NCBI RefSeq assembly: GCF_009914755.1
Contig: NC_060928.1
From: the human T2T-CHM13v2.0 reference genome, Homo sapiens
Strand: one strand, 5' to 3'
DNA length: 64,000 bases
The first letter of the stretch is position 1, and each line of letters opens with the position of its first letter. This document shows, piece after piece, positions 53,261-64,000 of the stretch. The notes beneath the pieces are model-generated. The model saw only the letters and a program-made list of their open reading frames with translations, did not search any database and had not been told where the DNA came from. The position numbers were made by a program, and so were the translations under genes.

Positions 53261-54959
53261 TGATGCTTCCTGGGTAAGTTTTTTTTGTGGGGAGGTGGGT
53301 GGTTACAGAGTTAATGAAGGAAGGCACCAAGGAAGACCAACGTGGCATTTTTCGCTGTCTCTTGAAGAATGAGCTGAGATTGGGCATCTCAAGGGAGAAG
53401 GAAGCACATTCCAGGTGAAAGGGGCAAGGTTAAAAGAGGCAGAGCGGTGGGAAAAGATGAGATGTTAACTGAGGACATCGCCTTCCCTCCTGTTGACTAA
53501 GGCACTTCGTAAAAACTTGAGAGCCAGCTAACAGTCACAAGACTAAATGCATCCCAGGATTAAACTTCTAGCCCATTTTGTCTTAAATTTCCTGCCACCC
53601 AAACCCCAGTGGAAACAGAAGATAACCTCTCCTACCAGAGACCCTGACATAAAGCCCAGAAGCTGCTTAATGCCCAATATCGATTCAAACAAGCTCATTT
53701 TGTTTCTTTCTAATGCATCGTAAGCAGGAAGAGCAGGCTTACTGCAGGTCAGGAAGAAGCCAAGAGCTTACCCAGGGCCACCGGAGCCCAGACAGCAACA
53801 CAGGGCCTCTCTGGAAGGAAAAGATTGTCTGTTAATTGTGTGGGGTTTAATGCATCTCCAGTCCCCCAAGACTGCTCCTGTCTCAACATAAATAATATCC
53901 AGAGACTAAATATTCCATGTGCACCACAATACAGTTAATCGGGCTTTAGACACACATTGACTCTACGGTGGGATTCTGCTACCTTCTGAAACAGAAAAGC
54001 CATTGACAAGAGGAATATTAGCATGGAATCCCATGTAATTGAATTGTGGTTTTACGTCTTGAGATTAACAGATGACAGAGTCTTATCCCAGAGTACCCGC
54101 GCCCCTCTCCTTACCCTGCAGACACACTGCAGACCATTCGGCCATCACCATCAGCCACACAGTCTTTAGTTCTGGTGTTGTTTTTAGAAATTAACTCTTT
54201 TTTAAGGGAGCCATTTCACATGCAATATTGCTGCTCAGGTAATAACTCCAAAGCATCTTCTCATTGGCTGATAAATGATTTTAAGTGGATAACAGGCCAA
54301 ACCTCTTCAGGATCCCTGGATGGGAATTCTTGAGAGTTTGTTTCCCATAAATAGAGGGCAAAAGGATGTTAAAAAGATAAAGATGCGTGCCATTCATCTT
54401 GTTTCAGTAGATCATAAGTTCCTCGAGGGCAGGAAAAGGTTATTTGCTGATTGATTTAATATTTATTGAGTCCTAATTGTCTTCATGGACCATAGAAATA
54501 AATCTATCGATATACTTCATTACAAGAAAACATATTGCTCCCTTTAGAAAGGACACAACAGCATTCCCTTTGATGCCTCCTTTCCTTTATACTGATTAAC
54601 AACTTGAAAGAGCAGTTCTTGTTCTAAAAACAAAATATGAGTAGAAAAATCATTCTATTCCATAAAACCGGAATGAAAGATTCTCCCTCTCTGAAATAAC
54701 AAGGTGGTTAGAAATGAAGGAGCTGCAGGGGAAGGAGGCAGAGGGACCCATCATCCCTGAAAACATTTCACTTTCAAAGTACACAATATCAAAAATCATA
54801 TGTAATTACGAGATTTCCCTATACTTAGTATTCTCAAAACATGGTTTCAGCCAGAATGGATGTGCTGCATAAGGAAACCTAAAAAGAAAAATTTTAAAAA
54901 CAAACCAAAAAAAGCTAACAAATTTCTAACAGAGTTACTACTCTCAAGACCAGCAAATA

Positions 54960-55220
54960 TGTGCCTATAAATAAATGCATTACTCGCGCCTACCAGCATA
55001 TCACCTAAAAGTGCTACACTTAGGCCGGGGGCCGGGGTGGGAGGGCGGCAGGAGGGGGGAATGACACAGGATAAAGGGTGGCTGCAGTTTTACCCACGTG
55101 AACAGCACTCGGACCATCACCGGCACGTGCAGCATGTCAGAGCTCTGGATTGAGATCATTACAAGCCCAACTTTGGCAGCTCGTTATCAATTCAGTGTGG
55201 GTGCTGTTTTGTAAACACAT
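54960..55220. promoter_or_regulatory. Candidate cis-regulatory element (TATA-like, GC box/G4, two CACGTG E-boxes, forkhead site)
   Basis: TATAAATA at 54966, G-tracts at 55027-55045, CACGTG at 55095 and 55124, TGTAAACA at 55210. Local CpG retention. Confidence 0.4.
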
Positions 55221-55516
55221 TTAATTTGGTTTTAAATTTTAATCCATAAAGTCATTACTAAAGGACTCCAGGCTGCTGAAATGATGAACCAACTGCTTCT
55301 AAAGCTGACACGAAGGCACCAGAGCCAGGGATGGGGCTTTCCGTCCTCAGCTCCTTTCTTTGCTTCCCTTACCCCTCTCGCATCCCTGATTTCCTTCTCA
55401 CCAGTGAACTGATTCTCTCATGCATGGTCCCTGCTCACATGGAAGATTTTTCTGTTCCTACCGGCTGTGTATGCATATGTGTGTCTCTGGGTTGTGTCTG
55501 TGTGTTTATGTGTCTG

Positions 55517-55534
55517 TCTCCTCTCTCTCTCTCT

Positions 55535-55579
<45 letters not shown>
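55517..55579. repeat. (CT)n(CA)n microsatellite
   Basis: Directly visible. Confidence 0.95.
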
Positions 55580-55580
<1 letters not shown>

Positions 55581-55957
55581 GAACACACAATGAAGCTCAT
55601 TGCCTTTTTCTGACCCAATATTCCAATCACTGCCTCCTCTACCTTTCCAATTTAATCTACTTCTATACATAAGCATTACTCTTTAACAAAAAGATCAGGC
55701 ACTGGGTGAGTTTGGAGGAATGAAATTGACTTAAAGAGCTGATGGCAGGGAGTACAGGTGACTGACAGATGGACTGACCAACTGATGGGGCCGGCGGCAT
55801 CTTATCTATTGCCCTCCTTGGAGAATTGGTTCTCATGGATAATTAACCATAAAATGAGAGGTTTTCTTCAAAGGAGAGATCAAAAGGTGAATCTTTCAAA
55901 ACATGCCATATTATAAAATTTGGTTTATTTAAGAATGTATCAGCTCTGGTTCTAAGG

Positions 55958-56240
55958 GATTTGTTTTATTTCAGCTTCTATTTTAGATACAGGGGGTACA
56001 TGTGTGGGTTTGTTACATGGGTATATTGCACCCAGGTAGTGAGAATAGTACCCAGTAGGTGGTTTTTCAACCCACAGCCCCTTCCATTCCTCCCTTCTCC
56101 TCCAGTAGCCCGCAGTGCCTGTTGTCCCCATGTTTATGTCCATGTGTCTCTATGTTTAGTTCCCACTTATCTATGAGAACATGCAGTATTTGGTTTTCTG
56201 TTCCTGCTTTAATTTGCTTAGGATGATGACCTCTAGCTCC
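55958..56240 (-). mobile_element. L1PA13-16-like 3' end
   Basis: TATTTTAGATACAGGGGGTACATGTG...GAGAACATGCAGTATTTGGTTTTCTGTTCCTG. Confidence 0.88.
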
Positions 56241-56249
56241 GTAACCACC

Positions 56250-56412
56250 AGTTTACTCCTCATAACAACCCTGTGAGGATGGTATCATCCTTGTCCTCCA
56301 CTTCCCAGGAGGCTGGAGCAAACGTGCCCAAAATCTCACAACTGGAAAGTGACTATCAGGATGTCCACGCAGATAGTCCAGCTCCAGAGTCCATGCTTCT
56401 AGCTACTACACT
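56250..56412 (-). mobile_element. MIR
   Basis: CCTCATAACAACCCTGTGAGG...CTCCAGAGTCCATGCT. Confidence 0.65.
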
Positions 56413-59400
56413 CCGCAGTTTCTGATTTGATGGATTGCATCTTTGTCTAATAGAGAGGAAAATTTGCATTTATTTTTGTATGCATTTTATCTACTATTAA
56501 AGCCAAGTTTTCTCTATCAGGGAAAACAGATTAAACATTTACCCTACTGGGTAAATCAGTTATTATCCTATTTACCCTCTTGGGTGTTTATCCTATTTTA
56601 TTTGCCCCATTGTGTAAATCAAATATTGTTCACAACTTGTGTTTATGGCCCCACCATTAACATTAACAACATGTGTGTTGACAAGAAATATTCTAGACCA
56701 ACTTCTCATGCTTCCTTCAATCCATTCCCTTTGTCAGTCCATAGACATAATCACCTCCCATTCCCATTCCAAAAAGCAGCTTCTTGCAGAACCATTCTCA
56801 AGCACTCTCCCCTACTGCTCAGTGAGGTTTAATATAGCATCCCAGAGCAGCCAAGCTTAAACAGCCCTGGGGCACCTAACACAGAGGCTCAGGAAGCTTC
56901 CCTAGAAAAGAACTAGTGTTGATCAAGAAAGTCTCCATGTGCTGTGCTGTTCTGTGATAATCTGTCTGTCTTCCTTTGATCTAATGTTAAAGTGGGCAAA
57001 ATAAACCCTGGACAATGTGGGAAAGCCAAAAGAGTGATTCCATTCTTTTTCTAGGGTAATAGTAATAACATTTTCTCTTCTGTAGGACTGGTGTTTTTAC
57101 TGAAGTTTCTTCCAAAGAATGCTGTGCTTTAGGATTTTAAAAACCAAAGGCCCCAGGACTTTTTCCTCTTTCAAAAATGGATGGTTCTGCTTTTCATTTA
57201 AGGTGCAGTTTAGAGAGAAGCAGCCTGTGAAACCAATTAACTAATTGGAAATCACTTAATGACTGTAGCAGCATTTTGGATTTCCGGCGTTGGTTCACAG
57301 CAGTCAAGAGAAATTGCTTTCCAATATTATGATAAGGTAAGCTGTGGAGGTCTCACAGGGGGCGGTTGAAGGCTGCTGAGAGAAACAATCAGCTCTAATA
57401 TGCCCACCAAAATAATGGAGACATTATAACATGGAACTCAGTGATTGTAAAGTAAGCACAACATAAAAATCCAAAGATATGTGGAGATCTGCTGAGAATA
57501 AATGTGCAGCCATAGTTCCTTGCTATGATTTTTTGAGATCTTACAATCTTCACATAGTCATTATGCTGTGGAAATTGCTCTTACAGAGAGAGCCAGGCTT
57601 GTGTGGAAAAGGAGGTGACATGAGGAGAAGGAAAAAATAATAAAGTAAGTGCTTACCCTGGAACAATTGTTCAATTAATTGTTTAGTATGAATATAGTCA
57701 TTGTTCACATTAGGGAAATAATCTAGTTAATTGCTCAAGAGTTAACATAGGCAGAGGAAATAAATTACCCCAAACCAAATATTTTATCCATTTGCCATTG
57801 GTTTGTCTTAAGGTAATAAATTCTCTTAGCCTATTCTAAATATCATAATTCATTAAACCAAAAACATCACTGTAGAAAATAATATCAGCAATCTCTAATA
57901 TATCTCATTCCTTTTTCACTTTATTTTAAAAGAGAGGCACAGGGATATGCATGAGCAAAGGCAGTTTAAACTTGCTTTGAGGTGGACAGTTGGTCCTTAT
58001 TTCTCCCGGGCCTCAGAATTATTTTGTGAGTATGGCAATCTTTCCCCCCAACCCCTTTGCCTTAGTTTACTCAGCTGTAAAATGGATTGACACATGTTAG
58101 AAGACATAGGTGTTCAAATGATGGTCACATTTTACAAACACGAAGCTAGAACACTGTAAATTCTTCCAGCAATGACAAACTTTCATTTTTTCTTCCCCAT
58201 CGGTACAGTAAGTTTGGGCAACAAAGAGTCTCTCTGGGAGATATTTGCTGTTGTTTTCCAACAGGAAGGAAATTCTGTACACCCACTTGTCACTCTACTG
58301 CCTGCATTTGGGCCTTATCTAGTCCCCAGCTTTATTAATTCAGTAATGACGAGCAATGTATTAGATGCCTCCACTGGGTACTGCCTTAGATGCTTGCTTT
58401 GCATTCAGCCATTACCCAAAGGACAGGAGGACAGAAGGTGTTCTCTTTTCAGGCAGCAACATAAATAAAGACAAGTGTCACTCACACAAATCACTGTGCC
58501 AAGCATTAGCCCACCAGACCATGGGACTACATTAGCCCTTTCTTCTCACCTGTCTCATACAGTAGGTGCTCATTCAAAGCAGGACTCTCGTTGTAGAGCT
58601 ACATGCCTGGAAGTCCTTCATACAAGAAAACACCTGAAAATACCTGGGGTGAGGTGGACAACACTAGTACTATAACAGACTGGTGATTCTTCCTTTACAA
58701 ACAATGTTTCATCCTGAGCAAATTATTACCTGTTTAAATTATTACCTTTCCTAGGCTTAATTTCTCATCTGCATTCCAGAAAGTGACATCCTACTAACAT
58801 CCAGATTATATCGAGACAACATGGGTGATAAACTGATTTTTCATTACCAGTAAAGATGATCAATAAGTAAAACAGAACATTGACTAATGATACAGTGGAG
58901 GAGCCACCATATCAAGAATGTGCCAGATGTGAGCTGGACTACCATGAAATAACAAGGAAACATTCCATTCTTCTTAATAAAAGAAAAACCTCCAACCTAT
59001 CAAAGGAGAAAAATCCTGCAAATTAACCTTTCAGACTGATTCAGAACATTTTCCAGGATGATGCACCTGAAGAAAAACGTGTGATTCAACTAATAGCGTT
59101 CGTCATGTTGCAGACTGATCCAAAGGTGAGGCTATACCTGCGAAGACAGGCTGAATGCCAACTCGTGTAGCCTCATTTGCAAAGCTCGGCACTCTGGAGC
59201 TTAAATGTCCCTGCTTAACAAATGGGGAGCAATTTAGTCTGTTGTATAAAGACAAGACCAAGGCCAAAGTCTAACAATAGCTTCCCTCTCGCCCAGTCCT
59301 TGAGTTAGTAAATGTTATTACAAAAAGAAAATATACTTTTATCTAGGTTGTTACTTTTTCCCTCTGCTGTCCTCTGTGGCTTTGCCTATAAGCTCACAGT

Positions 59401-62399
59401 TTTTAGTTAAATTGGACAATTACTGAGTGAGAAGTGCATAATTAATGAACAGTCACCGTATATGTTTGGGAAACTGTGACCCAATCACTGAACAGATAAC
59501 TGAACCACTAAAATAAATGACTTGTCCCACTCATTACCTGATCAGCATTTGTTTAGAAGTTCCTTGGTGCCCTATCAAAATTCTAATCAGTTCTATTTAA
59601 ATTACATTTTTTTGCACTGCATTGTTATAAATGCTAATTTATGCCTAGAATGGAACAGCTTTATTTCTTACCTCCTGAAGAAACGGATGAATAAAAACAT
59701 ACTTCTACAGGGCATAAAAGATTATCAAGGGTTCAATGACTATTGGGTTTTGCACTCACCAAAACACATCCTGAGACTTCGAGCTGAAGCTTTAGGGGAC
59801 AATAAGGACATTCAAACCTCACATAGCAAAGCCATCCCCAAGAGGAAGCTGAGGACTGTCACAGCAGCATCTGCAACCACCACAGGGATTTGCTGCCTTT
59901 GGGGACTGGACAGTCTTTGGGGTGGTGAAGAGAAAGAAGGGAAAATTCTTACAACTTGAGAATAATGATCCAAAGAATCTTAAAGGCAGATGATTATTTC
60001 AGAATCTCTAGGCAACTTTTGTGCACAGAGAGGGATTTCTCTGAGCCTGGTAGCCCATCTGCTTTTGCGATGATGTCCATGTCCACCAGCTTGTAGGCGG
60101 TGGCAGATCTCACATGGTAACTCCATATATTTTTCACAATTAGTTTGGTCTCCAAACTTAGCACCAAGATGTCACTCTAAGCAACTCAGGCAGGTCCACC
60201 CAAGAGAAGACTAAAGCACGGTTTTGCTCTCTCTGATGTACAAGCCTTGACCACTTGCAGCCTAGGGGTGGCCCAGACAGACCCTAAGTCATTTGGGATC
60301 TAGAGGACCTCAGAAGAGAGAAGATTGAGACTGGTGTTCTAGAAATAGCTAGAAATCTCCTAATGAGGCCACAAAAGTCCTGCCTTTAAAAGTGCTTCAT
60401 CCACTATGACGCTCCCTTCCCATTCCAGGCTCAGTGTCTGTGGAAGTCAGCGAGTCTGCCATTATCCTGCCTGGAGTGGGAGGCATCAAATTCAGAATTC
60501 ATTGCCAGAAGTTTTTTATAAGCTGAGGAATTACCTTGAGAGGATTGAATTTCCAAGCGCAAGTCAGCAGCTGCTGGGGAGGCTGGGGCCCCCTCAATCA
60601 TCCTGTACCCACGAGTCTCTTGCAGAGAGGGGCGAGACAAGGCTGGATCAGCCTGGCTTAGGGCTGCATGGCCAAGGGGCTAGAAAACACAGGTTCACAA
60701 AGGCATTTAACCTCGTTTAAGCAGTGCAATGTGGCTGAGGCTTAAAACAAGGCTGGAACATTTTCTTGCTTATTATCACCTTGATAATCTTTTCTCGTAG
60801 CTAGGAAGGAGTGGCATGAGAAAGGGGGGCACAGGGAGACACTGGGAGAAGAGGGGTGGGCCATGGCACTGAACAGGAGGGGAGAAAGCTGCTGTTGTCC
60901 TGTTTTCTGAGTGTAGTTGGAAAGAGAGGAAGGATGTTTGCTCTCTAAATATTTTTACTTTTAAATAGCAACTGTTTTCCAGACTGCATGGCTAATCGCT
61001 TCATAGAAAAGGGAAGAAAAGAATAGCTTTCATTCACTTTCTTTGAAACCTATTCATTACAGTTTGAAAGCAAAATTTCTCTATGAAATACCTAAGTAGT
61101 GGCAGCATTTCTACAAGATCTAAGTGTGGGGGCGAGGGAGCAGAGACAGGAGAAGTAAATAGAACCCAGGAATAGCTGTGCTCGCGTCATCGTGGGAAGA
61201 AGACGACTGGTCACCTTCGTCTATTTCACAGAAAGTGCTGGGAGTGGTCCTCTCGGGGAAAGCAACAGGGCCCCCTCCCCACACCTTCCCAAAGAGGCGG
61301 TAACAGCATGCCTGTCTGCCCTGTGGCTGTAACCAATCCTAAAAGGAGTCTTTTTAGAGAAATTAAGCTTTACAATGATTGTTTCTCAATCTTGTTTAAA
61401 TCAATTATAATAATAACTGATTCTAGTATGCATAAAAATCTCTCATCCTTCTCTGAAGCTATTTGAATGAAACCCAAATTAAAGTTCTGTGATGGGAGTA
61501 TGTGGGGTTAAAAGCCTCACTCTGGTTCCTACCAGCAGATGACTGTGACTCTAATACCCACCCACCACTCTCCCGCCTGAGCATCCTTGGACTGGCAATC
61601 AAAAGTCCTAGATAATATTTCTAGTCAAATCTTTGTATAGCTTACATTTGAGTTATAGAATTTCACTGTTCTAATCTGAAAAAGAAAATTAAGCCCCTAG
61701 GGGAGTACATGTTGTGGACTTTACTACCAAATGTTCAGAGATTGCGAGGCTCTGTCACCATTGTGATTATCTTATTATTATTATTGTCATTGCAGGCATT
61801 TAACATTAACTGAGGAGCTACAATTTTCCTGACTGTATCCAGGATAAATGATACAGGGGTTTTACAGAATCATAGTTACCATTGACTCTAGGCCAATAAT
61901 TTGGCATTTCATCTCAAAATGTTGCAATATTAGAAATGTGAGACAAGAGGTCAAATGAGAAGACATCCTCCATCTGTGAAGTGATTTGCATTTTCAATAT
62001 ATCAATTTAGCCTCCATCCATATCAGTTATAAAGCTGCAGAACAACCAAAGAGTCCTGTGACGTAGCACTAGAGGCTTCATTCCAGATTAAAATTAGTAA
62101 TTAATCAATATTACCTATCTTTATTGTTCAATCCTCTTAGCAATTACTTGGAAGACAAAATAAGTAATGCTGGTTAAATTTTAAGATGGCATAAATCTGA
62201 GAGAAATAGTTAATATTTTGAATTCCACATGACTCAAAGGTTCTTGCTAGGCTGGAGCAACGGAAAACAATTTATATGAAATATCACAAAAATAAACATA
62301 ACCCTGCACTTAAGTTCAAAATGCCATTTTAGCTACATTATGTTTTACCAGAAATCACGTGAAAAACTAGCGGGGTTTTAGTGTGTGCCTTAAAATCAG

Positions 62400-62520
62400 G
62401 AGAAGCCAGTGTGATATGGCTGCCCAAAATGCTAACAGAATTTTAGATGACAGTAATAGACATCTAGTCCAAAACAGGAGAGGTAATGGTTCTGTTGTAC
62501 AGTGGTCAGATATCACATCA
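62400..62520 (+). mobile_element. L3/CR1 fragment
   Basis: GCCAGTGTGATATGGCTGCCCAAAATGCTAA...GAGGTAATGGTTCTGTTGTAC...TGGTCAGA resembles the CR1 ORF2 C-terminal region. Confidence 0.7.
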
Positions 62521-62544
62521 CTAAGAGAGAAAAGGTAACACAAC

Positions 62545-62710
62545 CTCCTTCACCAACTCTGCAAATTCGAAGAAGTCGTCATTTGAGCCTTAGTGTTCTC
62601 ATCTGAAAATGGAAATAATAACACCTGACAAAGATATTCTCATGAAATCATTGTAAAATCAAATGAGTTAGTCTTCATAAAAGTGTTTTGAAAATTATGA
62701 AGTATCATTG
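62545..62710 (+). mobile_element. MIR
   Basis: TTGAGCCTTAGTGTTCTCATCTGAAAATGGAAATAATA core. Confidence 0.7.
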
Positions 62711-62719
62711 CTCTGGACA

Positions 62720-63228
62720 TCTGCTGTTTGTCATTCAACAATCATCTTCCTCTTTTTGGCAATTGCAATTCAGCCCTCCTTTGGGGAATCTCTCCTCCAC
62801 CATTTTGACCATGTGGTGGGCCCAACTTGGCTGAGGCTGCAGAGATTGGTTTAGGAATGGCCACATGACCCAGTCAGAGCCAAGGAGACATGAGGAGACT
62901 ATGCTAGGGCTTTTGAGAACAAAGAGCTCTTGCTCCTTAGCTATATTTGGTCATATAAAGAGTCGAGTCTTGTGATAGCATCCTGCTACCCAGGGAGAAG
63001 TCAGCCTGAAGATGAAGCTTAACCAACAGAAGTGGCGGGGAAAGGCACAAATGAAAGAGACAAAGAAACTAAGCCCTGATGACCTCATTTGATATTCTGG
63101 ATCAGACCCTCCCAGCCAAAGCCAGTATTCCCTTGCAGTGTTCTATATTCCAAGCCCATATATTACTTTTTTTTAAGTCAGTTTGAGCAGGGTTTTTATG
63201 TCACTTGCAACAGAAAGAGTCCTACAAT
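62720..63228 (+). mobile_element. Old MLT1 (J/K-like) solo LTR
   Basis: GATTGGTTTAGGAATGGCCACATGACCCA...TTTAAGTCAGTTTGAG...GTCACTTGCAACAGAAAGAGTCCTA. Confidence 0.75.
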
Positions 63229-63849
63229 TGTGCATATATTCTAATGTCTTGGAAAATCTAGTTATTCAAATATATGGAAATAATACATGATAGAGTTTTC
63301 AAATGGAAAAGATAGATTCTACAAAAATCAAATTTCTTTACATTGTGTTAGATTATTATGCTTATGTTAGATTGTTATGTTAGACTGTGTTTACTAATAC
63401 GAGCAAAATTTCATTATTGACTATGTCTTGGATTCTAAGACTTACATAAGGATTTATATAACAACTTTGTTCTAAAAAGAATTTTTTTAGCATTCTGCCT
63501 CTGGGAAATCCATGTTTCCAGCCTACCCCATCTTGTCTTCCTTGTCTTCCTGCTGAGCTAATAGCCAGATCTCCAACTAAAACAGCAGTGCCCATTTCTG
63601 ATTAATGGGACCTTTCTCCCCACCTTTTTTAATGGCTTTCTCCCATTGTGATTTCAATCAGAACATTGCTGGGAATCCCTCCTGGTGCCTCTCCAGGACC
63701 ACTTCTATTGCCATTTCTTATAGACTCCTCCTCAGGAAGAGAAAAGCCAAAGAAATGTCCCCATACTCCAAAGCTGGAATCAATGTGGAATACGGAGAAA
63801 TAAATTATAGCATTTTCCAGCCAGAAAGGCCTATAGGCATCATCACCTG

Positions 63850-64000
63850 ATCAGCAATGGGCTAAATCCAGCCCACCTGATTTTTATTTTTAATTTTTAA
63901 AAATATTTTATTTAACCTAATACATCTAAAATATTATTTCACATGCAATGAATGAAAACATTATTAATGAGATAATTTATATTTTATCATTCTAAGTCTT
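63850..64000. mobile_element. hAT-Charlie MER58/MER3/MER33-like remnants
   Basis: GGGCTAAATCCAGCCCACC, then TTTTATTTAACCTAATACATCTAAAATATTATTTC...TTATTAATGAGATA. Confidence 0.55.

Noticed and set aside
59522-59959. 145-aa ORF, and the 129-aa ORF at 56443
   Set aside because: Non-ATG starts, composition typical of random AT-rich DNA and no recognisable domain.

Overview
Primate (most likely hominoid or human-like) AT-rich intronic or intergenic DNA. I recognise no cellular protein-coding exon, and the host locus cannot be named from sequence alone. The window opens with the 5' end of a minus-strand L1PA7-like LINE-1 (YY1 site, 5'UTR, ORF1 start). This L1 keeps an open 72-codon ORF0-like antisense frame and carries a small Alu fragment. 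The rest is a layered repeat landscape: about 14 Alus (J, S, Y), L1PA/PB/MA/MB/MC fragments, L2, MIR, L3/CR1, MaLR solo LTRs (MSTA, MSTB, THE1, MLT1), MER5 and other hAT elements, a MADE1 MITE and microsatellites. The most notable items are: (1) a tailless tRNA-Cys(GCA) 5'-half retrocopy with a perfect 20-bp target-site duplication (TSD) at 43218-43295; (2) the ORF0-like frame and antisense promoter pointing into several plus-strand exon-like segments; (3) a MADE1/miR-548-type hairpin; (4) a compound ~60-bp VNTR that builds tandem splice acceptors; (5) several structurally odd Alus. Subfamily calls come from remembered consensus sequences, and the boundaries of old repeats are approximate.
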